A stretch of 64,000 bases of DNA. It comes from Prevotellaceae bacterium UBA2738 (GTDB lineage Bacteria > Bacteroidota > Bacteroidia > Bacteroidales > Bacteroidaceae). The stretch spans positions 8,155 through 72,154 of the forward strand of contig DEJW01000005.1 in assembly GCA_002353585.1 (NCBI GenBank), given 5' to 3'. The notes below the pieces were generated by a model. The model was not told the DNA's origin. It saw nothing but the letters and a program-made list of their open reading frames with translations, and searched no databases. A program made the position numbers and the translations under genes. This document shows positions 21,468-29,276 of this stretch, piece by piece. The stretch's first letter is position 1, and each line of letters opens with the position of its first letter.

Positions 21468-21495
21468 AATTAGTAATTAGTAATTAGAAATTAAA
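21468..21495. repeat. heptamer microsatellite (AATTAGT/AATTAGA/AATTAAA, 4 units)
   Basis: Read directly in the thiL/nucleotidyltransferase spacer. It is followed by the palindrome TTTGAATT-A-AATTCAAA at 21505..21521. Confidence 0.8.
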
Positions 21496-21535
21496 AGTTC
21501 AGTATTTGAATTAAATTCAAAAAAAATAATACATT

Positions 21536-22459
21536 ATGAAACCAACACTTTTTCTCCTTGCTGCAGGAATGGGAAGCCGCTACGGTGGCTTAAAGCAGCT
21601 TGATGGCGTAGGTCCTAATGGTGAGACCATCATGGACTATAGTATTTATGATGCAATACAGGCTGGCTTCGGCAAGGTTGTATGGGTTATCCGTAAGGAT
21701 TTCGAACAGCAGTTCCGTGAGCAGATACTGTCTAAATACGAAGGCAAGATACAGTGCGAACTGTGTTTTCAGGAGCTTGATGCCCTGCCAGCAGGTTTCA
21801 GCGTGCCAGAAGGCAGACAGAAGCCTTGGGGCACCAACCACGCCATCCTCATGGGTAAGGACGTGATAAAGGAGCCTTTCTGCGTCATCAACTGCGACGA
21901 TTTCTATAATCGTGACTGCTTCATGGTGATAGGCAAATATCTCTCTTCTCTGCCTGCAGATGCCAAGGGCAAGTATGCTATGGTAGGTTTCCGCATCGGC
22001 AACACCCTCTCTGAGAATGGTACCGTTTCACGCGGTTTGTGTTCTAAGGATGCTGAGGGCAACCTCACCACCTGCGTTGAGCGCACCAAGATAGCACGTC
22101 AGGCTGATGGTTCAGTGGCTTATCGTAAGGACAACAAGGAAGACGGCGACTGGGTAAACGTAGATGAGAACAGTCCTGTGAGCATGAATGTGTGGGGTTT
22201 CACTCCTGACTACTTTGAGTATTCAGAGCAGATGTTCAAGGAGTTCCTCTCTGACCCAGCCAATATGTCTAATCCCAAGTCGGAGTTCTTCATCCCTATG
22301 GTAGTCAACAAGATGATAAACGACGGCACAGCTACCTGTAAGGTGCTCGACACTACCTCTAAGTGGTTTGGAGTAACATATTCCGAGGACCGTCCTGACA
22401 CCGTTGCTCGTATAGCAAAACTCGTGGCTGACGGTGTATATCCACAAAAACTCTTTTAA
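21536..22459 (+). CDS. sugar-phosphate nucleotidyltransferase family protein
   Basis: 307 aa with the N-terminal NTP-transferase loop LLAAGMGSRYGGLKQLD. Confidence 0.7.
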   Translation: MKPTLFLLAAGMGSRYGGLKQLDGVGPNGETIMDYSIYDAIQAGFGKVVWVIRKDFEQQFREQILSKYEGKIQCELCFQELDALPAGFSVPEGRQKPWGTNHAILMGKDVIKEPFCVINCDDFYNRDCFMVIGKYLSSLPADAKGKYAMVGFRIGNTLSENGTVSRGLCSKDAEGNLTTCVERTKIARQADGSVAYRKDNKEDGDWVNVDENSPVSMNVWGFTPDYFEYSEQMFKEFLSDPANMSNPKSEFFIPMVVNKMINDGTATCKVLDTTSKWFGVTYSEDRPDTVARIAKLVADGVYPQKLF

Positions 22460-23494
22460 ATGAATATTGACTTACTGACAAATGACGAGGTTGCGAGTCT
22501 GCGCAGCCTCGTCAATAACTCTACAAACATAGTAAACATCTGTCACACCAATGCCGATGGCGATGCTCTCGGCTCAGTCCTTGCGTGGGCAGAATACCTC
22601 AAGCAGCAAGGCAAGGACGTCACAGTCATAGTGCCTGATATGTATCCTGACTTCCTTCAGTGGTTGCCAGGCACACAGAGCATCGTGCGCTTCGACAAGA
22701 AGAAAGATGAGGCAACCCAACTGTTGAAGGATGCCGACCTCGTTTGCTGTATGGACTTCAATACCCTCTCGCGCTCTTCTGAAGAGATAGAGCGGGTTTT
22801 GCTCGAAGCCCATAAGCCCCTTCTGCTCATTGACCATCACCTCTCCCCCAGCAACAATTATGAACTGTCACTCTCCTATCCTACTATGAGCAGTACGGCA
22901 GAGGTGGTTTTTCGCTTGATATGGCAACTTGGTGGCTATGAGAGTATGACCAGGAATATGGCTGTCAATATTTATTGTGGTATGATGACCGACACAGGTG
23001 GTTTCACCTTCAATTCCTCTCGTCCTGAGATATTCTTCATCATCTCTCAGCTCATAGCCAGAGGTATAGACAAGGACAAAATCTATAGGAATATCTATCA
23101 TGTGTTTAGTGTTGACCGTCTGCGACTTACGGGTTATATCCTCTATCAGAAGATGAAGGTGCTCACCCCTCTTCGTGCGTCCTATTACACTATCTCGCGC
23201 GAAGAGCAGAAACGCTTCCATTTCATAAAAGGCGATGCAGAGGGATTGGTCAATCTCCCACTCCAGATTAAGGGTCACCGACTCTCTATCTCTATGCGTG
23301 AAGACACGGAGAAAGACAACCTCATCTGGATTAGTCTCAGGTCTGTTGACGATTTCCCCTGCAACAAAATGGCTGAGGAGTTCTTCAATGGCGGAGGACA
23401 TAAGAATGCCTCTGGTGGCAAACTCTACTGTTCACTCGACGAAGCAGAGAAAATAGCTCGCAAGGCAATACAGGCATACGCAAAAATGTTATAA
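22460..23494 (+). CDS. DHH/DHHA1 phosphoesterase (NrnA-like oligoribonuclease / pAp phosphatase)
   Basis: 344 aa containing HTNADGDALGS, DHH (LIDHHLS) and GGGHKNASGG. The start codon abuts the previous stop. Confidence 0.8.
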   Translation: MNIDLLTNDEVASLRSLVNNSTNIVNICHTNADGDALGSVLAWAEYLKQQGKDVTVIVPDMYPDFLQWLPGTQSIVRFDKKKDEATQLLKDADLVCCMDFNTLSRSSEEIERVLLEAHKPLLLIDHHLSPSNNYELSLSYPTMSSTAEVVFRLIWQLGGYESMTRNMAVNIYCGMMTDTGGFTFNSSRPEIFFIISQLIARGIDKDKIYRNIYHVFSVDRLRLTGYILYQKMKVLTPLRASYYTISREEQKRFHFIKGDAEGLVNLPLQIKGHRLSISMREDTEKDNLIWISLRSVDDFPCNKMAEEFFNGGGHKNASGGKLYCSLDEAEKIARKAIQAYAKML

Positions 23495-23500
23495 AAAAAG

Positions 23501-23535
23501 AATAGTGGTTGGCTTCTTATCGGTCAACCACTATT
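23501..23535. terminator. 11-bp-stem hairpin between convergent genes
   Basis: AATAGTGGTTG-13 nt loop-CAACCACTATT, followed by GTTTCTC on the + strand. Confidence 0.5.
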
Positions 23536-23607
23536 GTTTCTCATAAAGTCCTTTTCGCATTATGAAAATACCATAATGGTAAATCCATAATGCTGTAGAT
23601 AGATTTT

Positions 23608-24135
23608 TTACTTCACCACTTTCCTTGTGGTTCCGTCACTCATCTTGAGGATGTTCAATCCCTTTTGAGGCTGAGAGAACTGCTTGCCATCGAGGGAATA
23701 ATATTTCGCTTCATTAGTATTAGAAGCGGAAACATCTTTAACTGCCGTTTCATCCATCTCTACTATATTTACAAAGTTCTTCCAACCAGTTGTAGAAAGA
23801 TACTTGTCTTTCGTACCAAAAGGAACATACAGTGTAGCATTAGAATAGTTCGAATTATCGAAGTTTGAACCTATAACGCTTGCAGGCTCCTCTATGTAAC
23901 TACATACCGATGTCAGTCCTGAGCAACCTGAGAAAGCATGATATTCTATGCTTGTCACGCTGTTAGGGATAGTGATAGAGGTCAGTCCTGAGCAACCAGA
24001 GAAAGCCCATTCTCCTATGCTCGTCACGCTATTAGGGATGGTTATAGAGGTCAGTCCTGAGCAACCATCGAAAGCATAATTTCCAATGCTCGTCACACTG
24101 TTAGGGATGGTAATAGAGGTCAGTCCTGAGCAATA
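23608..24135 (-). pseudogene. 5'-truncated BspA-type leucine-rich-repeat protein retaining a T9SS C-terminal sorting domain
   Basis: 23-aa LRR units ([19 protein letters not shown]) are encoded by a 69-bp DNA period, with GTCAGTCCTGAGCAA at 23912, 23981, 24050 and 24119. The fourth unit breaks off at about 24135 and the frame closes with a stop about 30 nt further upstream, so there is no signal peptide. The C-terminal YYSLDGKQF...[17 protein letters not shown] resembles a type-A CTD. Confidence 0.7.
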
Positions 24136-24515
24136 TTTGTATTTACAAATCGTTTTATATCAACAACTTGCAAATTAAACGGTAGAAAAGTGATCACGCA
24201 GATTCTATAGATGGGAGAAATGATGAAAATTTAACGTTTTTAACTTTTATTAGGGCCCCCTGAATTCAAATTAATAACACAACAACTTTATAATTGTTTT
24301 GTTCTCTCCATATTTCTGTCTGTATAATTCGACTGTCATTTTGTTACTTTGCAATAGCTGGCACGGCTCTTGCATAATGCATATTGTGTATTGGGCACTC
24401 ACGAGCCTATGATTTTATATCAGGATAACGTGACTGGGCTTTTTTTGACGCTTCCCCCATGAAAAACTGAAGATAAGAGATAATAAACTTGTTTAACTAT
24501 TAGGGTAAAAAGATT

Positions 24516-24770
24516 ATGGCTGAAAGAGACACTATCAAATACCAAATAAAAGATGGTAACGAGATTGTTTATTACGGCATAACTAACGACCTGGAACGTC
24601 GCGAGCAGGAACATCGTAGTGAGGGTATGGACTTCACTTCTATCGAAAAGATAGGAAATGTTACAACTCGTGACGCAGCTGGCGATTGGGAAGAAGAACG
24701 CATTAAGCATTACATGAGCCAGCATAGTGGTCGTAGGCCAAGATACAATCAAAACGATACTGGTAAGTAA
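24516..24770 (+). CDS. small stand-alone GIY-YIG nuclease-superfamily protein
   Basis: 84 aa. IKYQIKDGNEIVYYGITNDLERREQEH fits the Y..I...G..hYhG.T.DL..R...H GIY-YIG pattern. An intrinsic terminator lies downstream. Confidence 0.55.
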   Translation: MAERDTIKYQIKDGNEIVYYGITNDLERREQEHRSEGMDFTSIEKIGNVTTRDAAGDWEEERIKHYMSQHSGRRPRYNQNDTGK

Positions 24771-24827
24771 AGATTTTAATGTTCTTTGCTCACATCGTGT
24801 AGCAGCACGATAAAGAGCCTTATCAAA

Positions 24828-24863
24828 CGACTGTCGGCATGCACCACGGCAGTCGCTATTTTT
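24828..24863 (+). terminator. intrinsic terminator after the GIY-YIG ORF
   Basis: CGACTGTCG-10 nt loop-CGGCAGTCG (one G-U pair) followed by CTATTTTTAT. Confidence 0.55.
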
Positions 24864-25108
24864 ATAAATGTTGTTTGATTTATTTTATTGTATATAATTG
24901 TGCCACACATCTGACTAAAGAAGCTACAACTGCATTACGCAAGGTTAATATAATTGTAATCTCAATTATTGCGTGACGCTCTTATATAGGGGGAACGCCA
25001 CGGATTTCAGGGTTTTAACGTATATTGTCACCATCTTTTAATTTGTTTTCAATTATTTCGATTCGTATCATGAACTATTTGCACGAACTTTAATGTCCAA
25101 ACCATAAG

Positions 25109-25468
25109 TTATTCAGATATAACCCACTTTCTCAAGATGTCTTTGCCTTCATGCTTCAAAATACCTTTCTTCTCCAAAGCAGAAAGGTCACGTTCGATGG
25201 TGCGCTGGCTCACCGACAAAGTCTCCGACACGTCTCCGTCATAGTCTCCGACATTTTGTGTGTCGGAGGAGGCGAAGATAACGGTCTGGAATTGGGTCGG
25301 AGTAGATTTGAACTTGGGCTTTAGCTCGTCCTTATAACCTTCCAAGGCTTTGGTCTCATTACAGATGCGTGTGAGTCCACTGCCTCGTTTCTCCATGTAG
25401 TCAAGTTGAGCCATTACGTTTGCAAGTATGGGATTGCGCCTTTCAGAAGACACATCTTTGATGTCCAA
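25109..25468 (-). pseudogene. C-terminal remnant of an AlbA_2/HATPase_c_4-type putative transcriptional regulator ('ATP-binding protein')
   Basis: Only 119 aa remain. RNPILANVMAQLDYMEKRGSGLTRI and a terminal HTH (LSVSQRTIERDLSALEKKGIL) match the C-terminal quarter of roughly 450-500-aa Schlafen/AlbA_2 family proteins. The space where the N-terminus should be is occupied by the PfkB gene. Confidence 0.5.
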
Positions 25469-25491
25469 ATCCTGTGTCCTTTATTGTTTCA

Positions 25492-26385
25492 TTACTGCAT
25501 CATGCCTCGCGCCCCTTCATAAGAGCAACTCTCAGCACCTACTTTCTGTGCTTCATTTAGAGCTGTTTCCAAATCTGATTCTAAGAGATTGCATATTCCG
25601 AACATTACTTTGTTTTTGAACAAATTATTAATCAAGGCAGCCGCTGTCCAGTCACCCGCACCAGCTGTATCCACCACTTTTTCATTTGCAATAGGTTCCA
25701 AGTGCTTCCAATCGCCACTCAAGCGGTAGCTCAAGCCCTTTGCTCCTTGCGTCTGGATAAACAGCTTATCCTTATAGTCTTTAAACTGGTTAATCTCTTT
25801 TATCCTCTGTTCCGAGAACTTGACTATATCAGACACCTCAACACATTTGTAGAACAGGCTGACATTACCTCCTCTGCTAGAAGGCTCAAAGAATATCACC
25901 GAACCCTTTTCCTTGAATGTAGTGGCTAGCTTCAAGATCGCGGGTGAAACCCTGTCAAAGAAGAATACCTTTGGCACAAAGTCTATCCTCTCAATCACCC
26001 CATTTGCCTGTTTCAGCGTCAGCGACTTGAAGTCCAGATAGAACCGTCCGATATTGTTGCGCGATTCAAACTTATGCGTGGGAATACCGTCCTTGTTAAT
26101 GAAGTTACGCTGCACGATCACCGGTGTCTTACCGTCTTGGGTAGAGACAAAATCAGTGTGTACGCGGTGCTTTTTCATGTCATCCAGCACTCTCACCCCG
26201 TCTTTCGTCCCATCCAAACGGGCTATGGGATAAGCATCCCAACCCATGTGGGAGAGAATCATCATCACATTACCGCATGTGCCACCCACGTAATAGGATA
26301 TAGGGACTCTTTGCCCGTCCCATATCAAAACATCCAGGCAAATCAGACCTGCTCCAACTACTATATTATTTGTTTCAAGTTTCAT
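25492..26385 (-). CDS. PfkB (ribokinase-like) family sugar/nucleoside kinase
   Basis: 297 aa. It has the N-terminal GG-dipeptide region (YYVGGTCGNV) and the C-terminal anion-hole motif VVDTAGAGDWTAAAL (DTxGAGD). Confidence 0.8.
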   Translation of the reverse strand: MKLETNNIVVGAGLICLDVLIWDGQRVPISYYVGGTCGNVMMILSHMGWDAYPIARLDGTKDGVRVLDDMKKHRVHTDFVSTQDGKTPVIVQRNFINKDGIPTHKFESRNNIGRFYLDFKSLTLKQANGVIERIDFVPKVFFFDRVSPAILKLATTFKEKGSVIFFEPSSRGGNVSLFYKCVEVSDIVKFSEQRIKEINQFKDYKDKLFIQTQGAKGLSYRLSGDWKHLEPIANEKVVDTAGAGDWTAAALINNLFKNKVMFGICNLLESDLETALNEAQKVGAESCSYEGARGMMQ

Positions 26386-26421
26386 GATTCAAGTTTCAAA
26401 ATTCAAGTTTCAAGATTCAAA
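26374..26421. repeat. three tandem 14-bp repeats (TTCAAGTTTCA core) spanning the abiEii stop / PfkB start junction
   Basis: Cores lie at 26374, 26388 and 26402. The first copy contains the PfkB start codon and codons 2-4 (MKLE). The abiEii stop is at 26417..26419. Confidence 0.8.
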
Positions 26422-27220
26422 CTACAGGATTAAGCCTCTCCACCAATTCCGCTTTCACCTTTTCCCACGCCACCTGAGGGTCATACTCCACCTGTGGCCC
26501 AAGAATCATTTCCGTGTCCGTCAAGAATTCCTCATCCTGTAGTTTCCCGTCCATATTCAACAAAAACTCTTTGTATGTTGGCAAGTGAGACGCTGTAAAG
26601 CCCAGATACCGCTCATAGCTCTCCATCACTTTCACTTTATTCAACTCAGGGCGCATTGACAGAATCTTCCACAGGTCAAACAAATCACGTCCTTTTCTCC
26701 GCTGATACACAGCCCTCAGTTTCGTCCCTGTCAACTCTGCTAACTCATAGGTCAGCACCTCGCATGTACCTTTGAACCACGTACTATTCACTTCAAAAGG
26801 CTCTCTTACCATTGGATATACCGAGAAATGCTCCTTGCAGTTAATCTCCACCTTCAAGTGAATCTCCCCCGCATCCATATCCGTCGGTTGCACCTTGAAC
26901 ACCAGCGTATTGTTGTGCTTCTTCTGCTTCACCACCGGCTCACCCAGCCAAGCCAAAGCATCCCGCAGATGGTCAATCGTCTCTTTGATGGGTTCCGCCT
27001 GCACTTGTACAAGGTCGATGTCTTCCGAGTATCTGGGCTGCGGCTTCAGATACAGCTTACCTAATGCCGTGCCGCCTCTGAATGCCAGATGCTCCGCAAG
27101 AAATGCATCGCTATAGATAGACACTAACGCACGGCAGACTATCAAATCCTGTTCGATGAATTTATTCACCACCCACGGGGCCTGCTCGCTCCATTCCGTA
27201 ATATATCGCTCTGGTATCAT
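26417..27220 (-). CDS. abiEii: AbiEii/AbiGii-family nucleotidyltransferase toxin (type IV TA / abortive infection)
   Basis: 267 aa. The N-terminus reads MIPERYITEWSEQAPW...LAFRGGTALGKLYL...RYSEDIDL (GG..L and the DxD of the NTase fold). 4-nt overlap with abiEi. Confidence 0.88.
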   Translation of the reverse strand: MIPERYITEWSEQAPWVVNKFIEQDLIVCRALVSIYSDAFLAEHLAFRGGTALGKLYLKPQPRYSEDIDLVQVQAEPIKETIDHLRDALAWLGEPVVKQKKHNNTLVFKVQPTDMDAGEIHLKVEINCKEHFSVYPMVREPFEVNSTWFKGTCEVLTYELAELTGTKLRAVYQRRKGRDLFDLWKILSMRPELNKVKVMESYERYLGFTASHLPTYKEFLLNMDGKLQDEEFLTDTEMILGPQVEYDPQVAWEKVKAELVERLNPVV

Positions 27221-28023
27221 AACTCGTCAATCTCTATGGTTTCGTTCACAATAATTCTCCACTTGGCGTTTCTTTCGCCCCCCTCGCTACTCTTTCCAGC
27301 CTTTAAAGGCACATACTGGAGTGCGAAACCGGAACACTTCAACAGACTGTACACCGACTCTGCCGCTTCTCCTTCCTCCAGCACCTCGTCCAGAATGTAG
27401 CCCAGACGTTGCAGACTGGTTACAGGCACTTCCTTCACGAAGTCAGCCCCTAAACGCCCGAAATCCAGTTTCTCAGCCAGTTCAGCCAGAACAGTGGCTG
27501 CCCGCGAAACGCTCCCTGTCTTTGCCTGATACGTAAGCAAATCCACTGCCGTCAGTTCAGGACACGACACGTTAATGTAGCCCGTCCGCGTCTGCCGTCT
27601 CTCCACATATGTCTCAGGAATATGACTTTTGCAGAAATAATGCGTAAGGTACTTCTCTCCCTTCTTGTCGCGCATGGCGGGAGGCTCTATCATCACGCTG
27701 AACCGCAGCGGAACCTGATGCGAAGCTCCGTGATAACTTGCCGCACTCAACAGAGCCACATAGTATTTGCGTCCCAGATGGTGCATCATGTCGTCTAAGT
27801 AAAACGACTGCGGCACAGCCCCGCGCAGCACATACTCATCTGGCACAATGACGTAGAAGCCGCGCATGGGCGACATAATCCGTCTCTTGCTCACCTCCCT
27901 GGTCAGAGCACGCGCAATGCTACCAGCGCTCATTTCAGAAAATACCTGCGCCACCTCATTGTGTGTGAAGGTGTAATTGCCTCTAAGCGGCTTATCATAT
28001 ATCCAGTTTGCAATGCTTGCCAT
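27217..28023 (-). CDS. abiEi: AbiEi-family antitoxin / transcriptional regulator
   Basis: 268 aa with an N-terminal wHTH-like region. Size and position immediately upstream of, and overlapping, abiEii fit the family. The sequence pattern (RGFYVIVP...YYVALLSAASYHGASHQ) is typical of Bacteroidales AbiEi. Confidence 0.82.
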   Translation of the reverse strand: MASIANWIYDKPLRGNYTFTHNEVAQVFSEMSAGSIARALTREVSKRRIMSPMRGFYVIVPDEYVLRGAVPQSFYLDDMMHHLGRKYYVALLSAASYHGASHQVPLRFSVMIEPPAMRDKKGEKYLTHYFCKSHIPETYVERRQTRTGYINVSCPELTAVDLLTYQAKTGSVSRAATVLAELAEKLDFGRLGADFVKEVPVTSLQRLGYILDEVLEEGEAAESVYSLLKCSGFALQYVPLKAGKSSEGGERNAKWRIIVNETIEIDEL

Positions 28024-28048
28024 TATCTCGCATTCATTATTTTGTTTG

Positions 28049-28056
28049 CAAAGATA
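28049..28056 (-). promoter_or_regulatory. -7 promoter box (TATCTTTG on the minus strand) for abiEi-abiEii(-PfkB)
   Basis: TAnnTTTG match 25 nt upstream of the abiEi ATG (28023), in the 113-nt gap after the four-gene operon. Confidence 0.45.
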
Positions 28057-28136
28057 GACATTTTTTGTCTAACTACGCAAATCAATAACGATAATCTGAT
28101 CTTTTTATTGTAGCTTATTTATATTTTTGACCTGAA

Positions 28137-29276
28137 TCAATTTTCATTATAAGCCTCACCTGTTATCCAGAGGAGAAATGGTTCACTTTCCTTATTCAAC
28201 TCTTCAAACTCAAAGGCATCATCTATCTCGTAACTGGTTGAGCTTACATTGTATATAGCCACACTATCATTGTGCTCAATACCAACCAACAATGCACCCA
28301 TCGATAGTAGTTTACTTGTCAGCAACGCGATGCCAAAACACACATGATCACTTATAGGTTTAAGCGTATCATTATGTCCCTTCATCAAGTTCAATATTTT
28401 TCTATACAGCTCAAAGGGATTTTGTTCGTCCGCATATGTAAAGTTTTGTGCAGATGTCAAATGATGATCAGAGAAGAATTCGTGATACTCCTGCATAAGG
28501 TTATCAGAACGACGAGGATTCTTTGAAGGGAAGGGTAAAACTGGAAACATATCAGATGGCTGAAAGTGATTATAAATCCTGTTCAAAATAGCCAAATTGT
28601 GCTCACCCATCAAAGGAATTAATATATTGACTCTGTCAAGTACAGACTCCCTATTAGACATGGCTTTAAAGCCTACTAATGGTTCAATACTTTCGTTACT
28701 GATATTTTTCTTTATTTTTTCATCAATCTTCCAATTCTCAGAGACAGCGAAGAACATGTTCTTTGTCTTGTCATCCTTCAGCTTTCGGTAAAGGGATTTA
28801 GCAATATTGAAATAAAATGACCTGGGCAAAGAACTGGCGTCTAGAATGATGTCATTATAACCACTAAAGTCCATATTAAGAATTTCCAGGCTCATTTTAG
28901 ATATGCGCTTATCCCATATCAACTTGGAATCAACTGGTATATCCCTTACGACAAAACCATATTGAACCTGCAATTCTTTTAGATGCTGAACATTTAACTT
29001 GTATAACTTCTTTTTCTCTTTATGGTCGTCATCGCCATCTGGAAAGTCAAAAGTTATGCAGTCAATACGCAATCCTTGAACAGAACTTAGTAACAACTCC
29101 AACACATTATTCATACGTGGATCAAAGCCCTTTCCCAGAAAGAAGAGAACCTTTGAGTCGTGTTTATCCTTATAGAACTCCACCCAAAATTTCTTTAACT
29201 CTTTGGGCTTATGATACATCACATAAGACTCCCACTTATTGTGCATATCTTTACTCATTTTTACTTGCTTATCCAT
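28137..29276 (-). CDS. hypothetical protein, gene 4 (D) of the candidate operon; weak Rossmannoid/CARF-like features only
   Basis: 379 aa with a 16-nt overlap with the upstream ATPase gene. No catalytic motif recognised. VLFFLGKGFDPR and IILDASSLPRSFYF resemble strand-loop elements of Rossmann-like ligand-binding domains. Confidence 0.7.
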   Translation of the reverse strand: MDKQVKMSKDMHNKWESYVMYHKPKELKKFWVEFYKDKHDSKVLFFLGKGFDPRMNNVLELLLSSVQGLRIDCITFDFPDGDDDHKEKKKLYKLNVQHLKELQVQYGFVVRDIPVDSKLIWDKRISKMSLEILNMDFSGYNDIILDASSLPRSFYFNIAKSLYRKLKDDKTKNMFFAVSENWKIDEKIKKNISNESIEPLVGFKAMSNRESVLDRVNILIPLMGEHNLAILNRIYNHFQPSDMFPVLPFPSKNPRRSDNLMQEYHEFFSDHHLTSAQNFTYADEQNPFELYRKILNLMKGHNDTLKPISDHVCFGIALLTSKLLSMGALLVGIEHNDSVAIYNVSSTSYEIDDAFEFEELNKESEPFLLWITGEAYNEN

